DNA from: Octopus vulgaris
Taxonomy: Eukaryota
NCBI GenBank assembly: GCA_951406725.2
Contig: OX597817.1
Coordinates: 169,570,001 to 169,634,000 of the forward strand
Reading direction: 5' to 3'
DNA length: 64,000 bases
The translations under genes and the position numbers were made by a program. The notes under the pieces were generated by a model. It saw nothing but the letters and a program-made list of their open reading frames with translations. It did no database searches and was not told the origin of the DNA. Shown here one piece after another: positions 24,028 through 36,156 of this stretch (position 1 is its first letter; each line of letters starts with the position of its first letter).

Positions 24028-24440
24028 GTGGCTGTGTGGTAAGTAGCTTGTTTACCAACCACATGGTTCCGGGTTCAGTCCCACTGCGTGGTACCTTGGG
24101 CAAGTGTCTTCTACTATAGCCTCGGGCCGACCAAATTCTTGTGAGTGGATTTGGTAGACGGAAACTGAAAGAAGCCCGTCGTATATATGTATATATATAT
24201 ATATGTATGTGTGTGTATGTGATTGTGTGTCTGTGTTTGTCCCCCTAGCATTGCTTGACAACCGATGCGGGTGTGTTTATGTCCCCGTTACTTAGCGGTT
24301 CGGCAAAGGAGACTGATAGAATAAGTACTGGGCTTACAAAAGAATAAGTCCCGGGGTCGAGTTGCTCGATTAAAGGCGGTGCTCCAGCATGGCCGCAGTC
24401 AAATGACTGAAACAAGTAAAAGAGTAAAAGAGTAAAAGAG
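24028..24440 (+). mobile_element. SINE family A, near full length
   Basis: Head, body and tail intact; CpG-rich, so probably young. Confidence 0.88.
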
Positions 24441-24929
24441 TTACATAAAGCAGCAAACAGACAGGATATTTAGCACGCCAGGCAAAATCCTTAGCAGCTT
24501 TTTGTCCATCACTACGTTCTGAGTTCAAATTCTGCTGAGGTCAACTTTGCCTTTGTCTTGCACATGCACGTACACACACACACACACACACACACATACA
24601 CACAAACATACACACACACACACACATACACACACATACACACACACACACACACACATGCACACATACATTCATACATACATACATGCAGACTATCATG
24701 ATCACTCTGTTCTATATTTAAGAGATGAGGAATTATGTACATTATTTACATTATTTACATTCAACGGATATTTGTCCTCATCTTGTTTGTTGTTAACCAC
24801 TATGCCATATGCATTAGGAAGTAAATCCAGCCGGAGAAACCATGTCAAAATGGACATGTAGTCCAGGCAGCTCTTCAGCTGGTCAGCTCCTGTCAAAATG
24901 TCCAACTCATGCCAGCATACAAAACGAAT

Positions 24930-25352
24930 ACTCTCTTTTACTCTTTACTCTTTTACTTGTTTCAGTCATTTGACTGTGGCCATGCTGGAGCACCGCCTTT
25001 AGTCGAGCAACTCAACCCCGGGACTTATTCCTTGTAAGCCCAGTACTTATTCTATCGGTCTCTTTTGCCGAACCGCTAAGTTACGGGGACATAAACACAC
25101 CTACATTGGTTGTCAAGCAATGCTAGGGGGACAAACACAGACACACAAACACACACACACACATACATATATATGTATATACATATATACGACAGGCTTC
25201 TTTCAGTTTCCGTCTACCAAATCCACTCACAAGGCATTGGTTGGCCCGGGGCTATAGCAGAAGACACTTGCCCAAGATGCCATGCAGTGGGACTTAACCC
25301 GGAACCATGTGGTTGGTTAGGAAGCTACTTACCACACAGCCACTCCTGCGCC
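24930..25352 (-). mobile_element. SINE family A, full length
   Basis: Inverted relative to 24028-24440. Confidence 0.88.
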
Positions 25353-25418
25353 TATGTTAAATGTTAAATGATGATATATTTAAAAAATCTTTAAATATTT
25401 TGTGTATTGTAGAAGTAG

Positions 25419-25665
25419 TGGAGGCACGTGGCTTAGTGGTTAGGGTGTCAGCACCATGATTGTAAGATTGTGGTTTCGATTCCTGGACCGGGCGATGCAT
25501 TGTGTTCTTGAGCAAAACACTTCATTTCACATTGCTCCAGTCCACTCAGCTGGCAAAAATGAGTAACACTGCAATGGACTGGCATTCCATCTAGCTGGGG
25601 AACACATACGCCATTGGAACCGGGAAACTGGGCCCATGAGCCTGGCTAGGCTTTAAAAGGGCGCA
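25419..25665 (+). mobile_element. tRNA-derived SINE, head H2 with tail shared with 37330-37631
   Basis: TGGCTTAGTGG / GGTTTCGATTCC boxes; tail CTGCAATGGACTGGCATTCCATCTAG..AACCGGGAAAC. Confidence 0.75.
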
Positions 25666-25805
25666 TCTATATATTTATTGTAGAAGTGGAAGCAATTTAT
25701 TGCGTGTGAATTCTAACAACAAAATCTTATGTGGATCCTGGTTCAGAGCCACTGCTGTAGTTCCTAAAACCTTGTTCACTCACAATTTGATGTTTTTATT
25801 TCCAG

Positions 25806-25969
25806 GTACTACAGTGCTACAATTATCCGTATGTCTGGTGTGAAGAGTGATGAAGCTGCCATTTGGTTGTCTGCAGTGACGGCAGCAGTGAACTTCTGCT
25901 TCACTCTCGTTGGTTTGTACTTAGTGGAAAAAATTGGGCGCAGAGCTCTAACTCTCGGCAGTTTGCTGG
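25806..25969 (+). CDS. SLC2A13: HMIT-like exon ([55 protein letters not shown])
   Basis: Not in the ORF track. TTCCAG acceptor, GTAAGT donor at 25970; has YYS and VEKxGRR motifs; 164 nt, phase 2 in and phase 1 out. Confidence 0.93.
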
Positions 25970-26089
25970 GTAAGTCCATGTTTTAAGAGAATTGCTGCAC
26001 CACCATAATTGACAAGCATGTTTCACAAAATAAAAAAAAATCAGCTAGAATAACTTTTCTTTTACCTCTTAAAACATCAAAACAATTAA

Positions 26090-26483
26090 TCTTTATATAT
26101 AAAAGTGAGGTTGTGTGCTGTCTGTCTCCTATGATTTAGATTCCTAACTACTCCCACATTTTGCAGTGCAGTGTAACCAAAACTGGGTATCTTATAGTCG
26201 TGATTCATATCGAGCCCTTCTGGGTATTAGCGCGTGTCTACGATGAGTCTACAATTTAAAAAAAATTTACCATCAATTTTTCCCATTTTTAATGCATTTT
26301 TGGCATATATAAGGGAAGTAACTCTCTAAAAATTTATTATTAAATCTGAGAACGTAAAAAGCTACAGTAATCCCCCCCTTTGTGGTTAGCCATATTGAGA
26401 TGGCTATTATACTTTACATCTCTAAAAATGCTTATATAGTTATTTCCCTTACAAACCCGAGCAACGCCGGACGATACTGCTAG
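26090..26483 (+). mobile_element. Non-autonomous Helitron
   Basis: A|TC 5' end, subterminal CCCGAGCAACGCCGG hairpin, CTAG|T 3' end, no TSD; second copy at 34442-34809. Confidence 0.8.
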
Positions 26484-26908
26484 TTACAAATAAAAAAGCA
26501 GTGATTTAAGTTTAATTTTTAAATGATCTATATATTAAGCAAGTTAATATTATTTTGTCTATTAAGGTTGCAGTTATTGTCATTTGGTGTCACTAGTTAG
26601 ATTTGATCAGGCTGTACCTTTCTTAGCTTTATTCCGACAAACATATCTATATGTGTACAACCATGTACATTTATTTAACTATATGAACTATATTTGGAAT
26701 ACAAGATAATATAACAGATTTTACATATGAATATAATGGATTATTGCAGAAGAATAACCAAGGAAGTATATATGGATTTAAATACTCTCATCAAAAGTAG
26801 TAATTTTTAATTTTTAATTTATCTTTCAAACAAACACCATTTTATAATTTTACTTCAAATGTTTTAAAAAAACTATCATTCGATATGTTATACAGAATTC
26901 AAATTTTA

Positions 26909-27000
26909 TATCTCTGAAGAGTAGAAGTGTTGTCTATAAATGCTTATCAATATAAGATTTCATTATAGGGACAACTCTTCTGTGAAACGATCGTAAGATG
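26909..27000 (+). ncRNA. Type-I hammerhead ribozyme motif, intact core, long stem II
   Basis: TATCT-CTGAAGA-GTAGAAGTGTTGTC...GACAACTCTTCTGT-GAAA-CGATCG-TA-AGATG; predicted cleavage after A26995 (GUA). Confidence 0.7.
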
Positions 27001-30000
27001 CTTTAAATAATTAATTCAAAACTTTTAAACTGTTATATACATTATATATTTATACTTATAAATATTTACATATATTTTTATACATTTATTTACCATGTCA
27101 TTCATCACCTTTTCAGCATATGTGGGAGGATAGATGAGGTCAGAACAAGACTGAAAACAATCCGGTAGTTGCCACCTGCAATTGCTTAAAATACTAAAAT
27201 AATATTAATCCTCAACTAACATTCTTTTTTCATTGCACAATTATTTCTAGTTAGCCATTTAAGACTTTATTAACTCTAACTTAATCATTCCGTACTAATT
27301 GAAATTAATATTAGTTATTTTATAACATTATAATCCCATTTAGTTATTTTATACTCATAACTAATTCATATTCATAACTAATTATTCTGTACTAACTATA
27401 GCTACAATTGTTTTTTCTGTATTAACTATCATTTCTGTTGTTTATTCTATACTAACTATAGTCACTATTGATTATTTTGTATTAACTATAGTTACAGTTG
27501 GTTGTTGTGTACTAACTATGGTGACAATTAGTCTATATTAAATATAGCCACAGTTGGTTATCGCATACTTACTATACAGTTGGTTATTCTACATAAACTA
27601 TAGTTACTATTCAATATTAACTATAGGCACAGCTGGCTACAGTTTATTTAATTTTGAATAAAGTCATGATTTCATGAATTCACAGATATGAGAATGTCAG
27701 TTCAAATACCATATGATGGCCGATGCCAGCACCGCCTTGACTGGCTTCTGTGCCAGTGGCACGTGACCCGCTGTGCTTGAGGAGACCTATTGAGTCAAGT
27801 ACATCAACATCAAAATAAATATCAAATGGAAATGGTAGTTGTGATACCTGTACTGGTGGCATGTAAAAAGCACCATCCAAACGTGGCCAATGCCAGCACC
27901 GCCTTGACTGGCTTCTGTGCCGGTGGCACGTAAAAAGCACCAACCGATCGTGGCTGCTGCCAGCCTCCCCTGGCACCTGTGCCAGTGGCACGTAAAAAGC
28001 ACCCACTACACTCTCGGAGTGGTTGGCGTTAGGAAGGGCATCCAGCTGTAGAAACACTCCCAGATCAGACTGGAGCCTGGTGCAGCCTCCTGGCTTCCCA
28101 GACCCCGCTCGAACCGTCCAGCCCGTGCTGGCATGGAAAATGGACGTTAAACGATGATGATGATGATGATGATGATTTGATTTGAATCTCTGTGCTTTGA
28201 GTTCAAATCCCACTAAAATCAACTCTGCTTTTCATCCTTTCAAGATGAACACCTACCATCCTGGAGCATTAGATTGGCAGATTGGCAGAACATCAAACCA
28301 GATACTTCATAGAATGGTTGAACTGAAATCCCACTGTGGCCTACAGGGGTGGTTGACTTAATCCATCAACCTATTTTACAGCTTGTGGGCAAGGTTCTTT
28401 AATGAAGTTGTGTCTAGCACAAGCATTTGGATCAGACCTCTGATTTGTGGATTCCTCCTTCCCTCTTTTCCACCAGTCTCTGAGGTTCTGTAAAGGGTCA
28501 TGAGCACTGCTTTCCATCCTGACAAAATGAAAATATAAATAGTTATTCTGTATCAACTAGACACAGGTATGGTTGTGAGTTAATAGAACAACAATAAGCC
28601 TAAACATTATACTGGACTTGCATGGATTGAACCAGCCACCTCTGGCTTAAAGTGATACCATGTGGTTTCATTTCCCAGTTTAATCTGAAACATTTCACTT
28701 ACACCATCACTAATAAGCCAATGAGGGAAACTTTACACTGTCATTCAACCTACTAGAAATAGTAGTTCATTAGAAGGCAGCGAGCTGGCAGAAACGTTAG
28801 CACACCGGGTGAATTGCTTAGTGGTATTTCGTCTACCATTACGTTCTGAGTTCAAATTCCACCGAGGTCAACTTTGCCTTTCATCTTTTCAGGGTCGATA
28901 AATTAAGTACCAGTTACGCACTGGGGTTGATATAATTGACTTAATCCGTTTGTCTGTCCTTATTTGTCCCCCCTATGTTTAGCCCCTTGTGGGCAATAAA
29001 GAAATAAGAAATAGTAGTTCGTCTTCCTTCGGATTATACTCTACAATCTTAAGACAAGAGGGTAATGATTATTAATCTTTTGATCCTAGATATACTCACT
29101 AAAGGTAGACCTGGGGCTAAACAACAACAACATCTATTACTTATGGCTTTTGGAAAGATATGAATGTTACAACATTCAATTTATCTTTCCTAAATATTGG
29201 TCTAGGGATGGCTGTATGGTTAAGAAGCTTGCTTTGCAAACATGTGGTTTCAGGTTCAGTCCTCCTGCATGGCACCTTGGGCAAGTATCTTCTACTATAA
29301 CCTCAGGCTGATCAATGTCTTGTCAGTTAATTTGGTAATAGAAAACTGTGAGGAAGCCTCTGTGTGTGTGTGTGTGTCACCACTGCTTCACAATTGGTAT
29401 TGGCTTGTATACATCTCCATAACTTAGTAGTTTGGCAAAAGAGACTGATACAATAAGTACTAGGGCTGAATTGTCCATTCAAACCTTTAAAGATGGTACC
29501 CCAGCATGGCCACAGTCCATTGACCGAAACAAGTTAAAGATTAAAGATATATCTACCATTAACTCTAATTATAACTCTATTGCTATACATTATTGGTTAT
29601 GTATAGCATAGCATACCTGTAACCTTAATTTCTATTTTGTACCTATGACAGCTAAAACTGGACTGCACCAACTATAGCTACAATCAGTTATTTCGTAGTA
29701 TATGCAATATATATAACAACTATGAACATAATTGCTTTTATTGTACCAACAATAGCTAGAATGGATTTTCGCTATATTCACAATTATTCATCTTATACGA
29801 ACTGTAGCTGGAATTGGCAAATGTAAGCTAGATCTATTTTATTTTTGTTTTATGCACTTTATTTTAGATATTTCATCACTATGTCTGAGAAACTGCAATA
29901 TCTTTAGAGCTTACATACTGTTAAACAAGACACCATATTTAATCTCTATAGAGAATTTCCGGAAATAGATTTTGTTTGGCAAATACATGCTAAGTTGTAC

Positions 30001-31089
30001 CAAACAATCTGAAGTATTATGTCTAAAGAACAAATTGTATACAACATTTTTCACCAATTCTAACGTCTTTTAACTTGTTATCTGTAGAGTAATGTCTTTT
30101 TATTTCCAACGTCTTCTAAAATAAAGTAAAAATGGTTCTATATAGCTCTTTTATTGATTTATTTCTCCCTTCATCTACCACCTACTCTTGTTCTCTTTGT
30201 TGTATTTCATAAATTTAAGATTATCTCGTAGTAAAATCACTTTCCAAGCCTAATTAATTTTTCTCCTGATAAAATATACTTGATGAAAGCTACTTCAAAT
30301 CTGAATAGCAATCTGAAATAGTTTCTATCTTACCTGATTGTCTCTGCTGCTTTATGTCTATAAGTGAGCATAAAACTCTATGTCACTTGCTGCAATCTGC
30401 CTACTTTCCTTCTACACTTACCCTCACATACAATTTTATTTTATCGTATCACAGTGTTTCTCTATCAATTTCATCCAATTTATATTCTGTAGAATATTGC
30501 AATTTTCTGTATTTCACTCGATTCCATACTTACAGACACCATTCAACGACTCGTTCTCTTTAATAGCTTCAGTCAGCTGGAGTCTGCCGCATATTTCTCT
30601 ACTTCCCTTTACTCTCGGTTTTCTGTAAAAGAACATACAAAAGGGTCATTGCTTGGATAATTAAATTGAAAATGAAGTAAAAGAAGGCTGATTTTTTTTC
30701 TCCTTTTCATCTTTTATTTCACAGTTGAACAACTCTGCACACATTAAAATGTTTCTTTTGAAGTGGAGCAAATATTGTAATAAAAACATAAATGGAAATA
30801 ATAGATACCTGGATCAAAGAGACACACTCTGTTATTGTTAATACTTAAAATAATTTATCACATTTATAGAATAGCATATTATAGGATACATGCTTATCAT
30901 ATATTATGGCTACTAAGATATATTTGTGGTAAGGAGAAAGGGTGGGGAGTCAGAAAGAAATTAATTATGAGAGGGGCAGTGTAGGAGTTGTAAAAAAGAG
31001 AAATCAAAGGTTGAGAGAGGTGACAAGAGAGAAGAGTCAGGAGAGTCAGAATAAGGAAGAGGATGCTTCATTTTGTTGACTCTTCTCTC

Positions 31090-31248
31090 TACTAGCATAG
31101 CTAGAGTGTGCTGCCCAGGGCGGCCCTTCCGTTTGCAGCCCCTGGACCCCACAAAAAACATTTATTGCCTACAGTAATAGCCTACAACAGGATGAAAAGT
31201 GCCACTCCCTTTAAAAGTGCCACCCAGGGTCCCCTAGCTACACTAGTG
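31090..31248. mobile_element. hAT-type MITE
   Basis: Imperfect TIRs TACTAGCATAGCTAG / CTAGCTACACTAGTG with 8-bp TSD CTTCTCTC (31082-31089, 31249-31256). Confidence 0.7.
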
Positions 31249-31374
31249 CTTCTCTCTAGTGAACTGCAAGAGAAGTAAGTCAGAACTGTAAAATCAATTT
31301 TGGTTTGCTTATGCTTCCTGAAAAAAACTGATATAATAATGTTATATAGACTATGTTTGATTGAGTGTTCCTCA

Positions 31375-32168
31375 GTAATTGTTTGACAAGGAACATTTTA
31401 TAGTAAATGCTTGACAGTATGAGTTTGACAGAGTAAATTGTCAGTAGTAAACATTTGACATAATTAATTGTTGACAGTAAATATTTAACAATAAATGTTT
31501 AATGCAGTAACTGCTTTGCAGTAAATATTCATTAGTAGCTCTTTATTAGTGTTTGATAAAGAAAATGTTCAAAAAGAAATAGTTTACGAATAAAAATTTG
31601 GTTAACAATATATAACAATATATGTATTTGAAGAAATAAATGTTTGACAGTAACTATTTGACAGTATATATGTGGAAGGGTAAATGTTTGACAGAGATGT
31701 TGGACAGTCTTGATGTTTAATAGAGTAAATGTTCAATTGTGTAGATGTTTCACAGTAAATATTTGATAGGACAATATTTGAAATAATTGTCTACTGATAA
31801 ATGTAAATTTTTTTTATAGTAATTGCTTCATAAAGGAAATGTTCAATAGTAAATTATTAACAAATTAACAAATATCGCCATCATCATCATAAGAATCTGA
31901 CAATAAATTGTTTGTTAGAGCAATTGATTGAAAATATATATGCATGACAGTAAATATTTGTCAGAGTAAATATTTGATGGGATAAATATTTGACAATAAA
32001 TGATTGACAATCAATATATTTGTTAAATGATTGACTTTGACAATAGATGTTTGATGTAAATGAGAAAGTGCATTTGTCAGCAATTGTGTGAAAGACTAAA
32101 TCATACATAATAAATTTTATAAGATTAAATTCTCAACTAAGTGAATGTTTGACAGAGTAAATTTTGAC
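31375..32168. repeat. Highly degenerate tandem repeat built on TTTGACAGTAAATA/G
   Basis: TTGACA/GTAAAT motifs recur every 14-20 bp. Confidence 0.7.
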
Positions 32169-32692
32169 ATGCAAGATGGTATCAAAAGGTTTTAGGACTA
32201 GTTATGTTTAATAAAAAGTAATTTATTTACCTAAATTTTAATACTGGTCCCAGCATTCCTGCTACTTTTGGAATCCACCCTGGAAGTTGTTTTCCATAAG
32301 CAAGTTGAGGACTGCCAGCCTCGTCTGGCACCTGTGTCGGTGGCACATAAAAAACACCATCCGAGCGTGGCCGTCTGCCAGCCTCGTCTGGCACCTGTGT
32401 CGGTGGCACATAAAATCACCCACTACACTCTCGGAGTGGTTGGCGTTAGGAAGGGCATCCAGCTGTAGAAACACTGCCAGATCTGACTGGCCTGGTGCAG
32501 CCTTCTGGCTTGCCAGACCCCAGTTGAACCGTCCAACCCATGCTAGCATGGAAAGCGGACGTTAAACGATTCTGGATCTCAACAAGTGTTAAAACAGTGA
32601 TGTTTGAGCTGCGTTTTCATCTTGAGAAAGAGATAGAAGTCCACAGGTGTTAAATCTGGTGAATAGGGCAGGTACAGAAGTGATACCATGTT

Positions 32693-33008
32693 AGAGTTCT
32701 GTATTTAAGAGATGAGGAATTATGTACATTATTTACATTTGATGGATATTTGTCCTCGTCATTACCACAACGTTTCAGGTGATATACCCTCCAGCCTTCT
32801 TCAGGTGTCTTTGGGAAATTTCAAACCTGGGTTCTCAATTTTTCAATGTTATTATTATTGTTGTTGTTGTTGTTGTTGTTGTTCAGGTCACTGCTTGGAA
32901 TCGAACTCGGAATCTTGTGGTTAAGAGCGTGGGCTACTAACCTCAAGATTCCAAGTTTGATTCCAAGCAATGACCTGAACAATAACAATAACGATAATAA
33001 TAATGATG

Positions 33009-33057
<49 letters not shown>

Positions 33058-33197
33058 TAATCGAAAAATACCTTAGGAATGAGAACCCAGATTCGAAATT
33101 TCCCCAAGACACCTGAAGAAGATTGGAGGGTATATCAGCTGAAACATTGTGTTAACAACAAACAAGATGAGGTCAAATATCCGTCAAATGTAAATAA
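32693..33197. mobile_element. Palindromic insertion of a tRNA-headed, hammerhead-bearing element
   Basis: Arms 32727-32917 and 32944-33199 are reverse complements; TSD TGATACCAT(G/A)TT at 32681-32692 and 33198-33209; hammerhead-like motifs at about 33108-33153 (+) and 32766-32809 (-); partial tail copy at about 24705-24800. Confidence 0.75.
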
Positions 33198-33661
33198 TGA
33201 TACCATATTGTTTTTGGCAAGAAACTCGCAAATGAGGAGATCTCAATGGCAGGATGCATTGTCATTGTGAAGAATCCAATTCTTCACACTCCACAGATCT
33301 GGTCACTTTCACTAAATGTCCACCCTGAAATGCTTCAAGACATTGTTGATTGTCCTCTGACAATTCTCATGCACAACCTGATGAATTTTCTTCACATTTC
33401 CAGGGGTGATGCTCATGGCAGGTCTTCCAGATTGCTTATCATTTTCCAGAGACATTCTTCTGCTTTTGAACTACCTGTGCCACTCAAAACATTGTGTATG
33501 ACCCATTGACTCATTGCCATAAGCCTGCTGAAACATGCTCAATATCTCTGTAGCAGACTGCCCAAGTTTAAGGTGAAGTTTCACATTGAATTTGTTTCTG
33601 TCTGTGACAGAATTACAAACTGCAGCATACACGTGATCACAAAAAAAAAATTTCACAACTC

Positions 33662-34079
33662 AGGCGTAGAAGTGGCTGTGTGGTAAATAGCTTGCTTACC
33701 AACCACATGGTTCTGGGTTCAGTCCCACTGCGTGGCATCTTGGGCAAGTGTCTTCTACTATAGCCTCGGGCCGACCAAAGCCTTGTGAGTGGATTTGGTA
33801 GACGGAAACTGAAAGAAGCCTGTCGTATATATGTATATATGTGTGTGTATGTGTATACGTTTGTGTGTTTGTGTTTGTCCTCCTCAACATCGCATGACAA
33901 CCGATGCTGGTGTGTTTACATCCCCGTAACTTAGCGGTTCAGCAAAAGAGACTGTTAGAATAAGAAGTAGGCTTACAAAGAATAAGTCCTGGGGTCGATT
34001 TGTTCGACTAAAAAAAAAAAAAAAAGGCAGTGCTCCAACATGGCCACAGTCAAATTACTGAAACTAGTAAAAGAGTAAC
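33662..34079 (+). mobile_element. SINE family A nested in the mariner
   Basis: Full head-body-tail upstream of the transposase start. Confidence 0.85.
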
Positions 34080-34441
34080 TTCCAAAGTAAACATAGTGAT
34101 GTCACTTGATACACGACCTCATGAATGTCGCTGCTAGCTCTCACTGCACATGCAACTCTGTACTGCCATCCGTTAGCACAGAACTAGTCTGGGAACTTTT
34201 TGATATCACCTCGTACTGAATATTTGTCAGAGAATACCATTCATATACTGTGTTAACATGGATCCCCTAATACTTGACAGAGTAAATATAATCCACAGAT
34301 TGCCAGAACTAACATTGTTTCCTAATAATAATCTTTATATATATTTAGATTAACATAACTTAGTGAAACTCGAAAAATTATTGCATTTTACTTGTGCAGA
34401 GTCACGACCAAATTTATCTAATGGCATATTTTATAACATAA

Positions 34442-34809
34442 TCTTTATATATAAAAGTGAAGTTGTGTGTCTGTCTCCTACGATTTAGATTCCTAACTAC
34501 TCCCACATTATAGTCGTGATTCATATCGAGCCCTTCTGGGTATTAGCACGCATCTACGATGAGTCTACGATTTAAAAAAAAAATTGCCATCAATTTTTTC
34601 CATTTTAATGCATTTTTTTCGCTATTATATAAGGGAAGTAACTCTCTAAAAATGTGTACGATGAATCAACGATTTAAAAAAAAAATTACCATCATTTTTT
34701 TTCCATTTTTAATTCATTTTTTTTTGCTATTGTTTGGCTATAACTCTCTAAAAATGCTTATATAGTTACTTCCCTTACAAACCCGAGCAACGCTGGGCGA
34801 TACTGTTAG
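34442..34809 (+). mobile_element. Non-autonomous Helitron, second copy
   Basis: Homologous to 26090-26483 with an internal deletion and duplication; ends TTAG|T. Confidence 0.78.
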
Positions 34810-34877
34810 TGAACAATAAAACCATTAATGTATTGCCAAAATGCCAGCACAACTCACTCGCTAATAATCTTTTTCAG

Positions 34878-34992
34878 GTGCTGTGATCAGTTTAGCATGG
34901 CTGGCTGTTGGTTTCTATCTTTCTTCTGAAAACACTCCAGCCGTTAATTTTGTTGAACCTGTAGCAGTGGAAACCTCTTGCGCTGCACACAA
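34878..34992 (+). CDS. SLC2A13: HMIT-like exon (GAVISLAWLAVGFYLSSENTPAVNFVEPVAVETSCAAH)
   Basis: Not in the ORF track. TTTTCAG acceptor, AA|GTAAGT donor; hydrophobic TM9 then start of the extracellular loop; phases 1/2 fit neighbours. Confidence 0.88.
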
Positions 34993-35067
34993 GTAAGTAC
35001 TTTCTGATCAATGTCATCTTCTTACTGTCTTTCTCATCATCATCATTATGATGTTAAGCATTACCAC

Positions 35068-35163
<96 letters not shown>

Positions 35164-35319
35164 CATTCAGTAGTTTTCACTTTTTATAGTGTGCTTTCAC
35201 TTCACTACCGAGTGCAGCACTGTGTACCTTGGGTATGTGCTGTGATTTGTTGTGATGCTCTGATGGTTACTGTATTGAAAGTGTTTTGCATAGGATATGT
35301 GCAGTGCGAAGTAGTACAA

Positions 35320-35323
<4 letters not shown>
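35164..35323 (-). mobile_element. Extreme 3' stub of a second R4/Dong-like non-LTR element in (TAA)n
   Basis: Minus strand KIVLLRTAHILCKTLSIQ* plus about 100 nt 3' UTR; aligns with KIVLTDTSHVLRRALSM* of the neighbour; TAA runs on both sides. Confidence 0.65.
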
Positions 35324-35363
<40 letters not shown>

Positions 35364-35364
<1 letters not shown>

Positions 35365-36110
35365 TTTTTTTTTCTTCTTTCAAATTTTCTTCCATTTCTT
35401 GCCGAGTGTCTTCCCGACTCCTAGGGCAAAGAAACTCATAGTATATATTGGTAGGCCATTAAACCAAACTCAATAGTTCGTTCATTTTTTTATTTTTTAT
35501 TTTTTTAAGTTAAATTAAAATACATGAGCAGCAACAGTTCTCACATCGACAATGCTCTTCTCAATACGTGTGATGTATCAGTTAAGACAATCTTTTGCAA
35601 TTCTTGCAGGGATGGTAAGCCAGGGATCATTCTCATATAATTTTCGGTTCCCTTCTTAATCATTCCTAGTGCTCCTACGATCACTGGTATTGTAACCGCC
35701 TTGAGATGCCACATTTTCTCAATTTCAATGAGTAGGTCTTTATATTTTCTGAGCTTGTCAAACTCTTTCGCCGAGATATTATGATCACAGGGGATGCTCA
35801 TGTCGATCAATAAGCAAACTTTATTGTTTTGTCTTTCACAACAATATCTGGTTTATTGGCCTTGATGGTTCGGTCTGTATGTACTGGAAAGTCCCACAGA
35901 ATGGTTACATTTTCTCCTTCAGTTACAGCCTCAGGGTGGTAATTATACCACTTGTCGGCAGTTTTGATATTGTAATGCCGACTTATTAGCCAGTGTAGAT
36001 ATTGGCCAACTCTGTCATGTCTTAATTTATACTCCACTGGTGCTAAGACTTTACATCCAGAGATTAGGTGGTCCACTGTTTCAATCATGTCGTTGCAGAA
36101 TCGGCATTTT
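35364..36110 (-). mobile_element. 5'-truncated R4/Dong-clade non-LTR retrotransposon (CCHC knuckle and restriction-like endonuclease), one frameshift
   Basis: KCRFCNDMIETVDHLISGC..RHD..ILWDF..KPDIVV..(frameshift)..CLLIDMSIP..KLRKYKDL..IPVIVGALG; flanked by TAA arrays. Confidence 0.88.
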
Positions 36111-36156
36111 TATTATTATTATTATTATTATTATCATCATTATTATTATTATTATC

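Larger units (their letters stand above)
32170..34215 (-). mobile_element. Decayed, internally deleted mariner transposon with three nested insertions
   Basis: TIRs TACGAGGTGATATCAAAAAGTTCCCAGACTAGTT (34215, minus) and a degenerate match at 32170; transposase remnants KLGQSATE..QAYGNESMGHTQCFEWH, WILHNDNA and PYSPDLTPVDFYLF. Confidence 0.85.

Noticed and set aside
25419-25495. Possible tRNA genes at SINE heads
   Set aside because: A/B boxes are present but there is no complete cloverleaf, and each continues into a SINE body.
30280-30325. TTGATGA..GAAA hammerhead-like string
   Set aside because: Core altered and stems do not pair; likely chance in AT-rich DNA.
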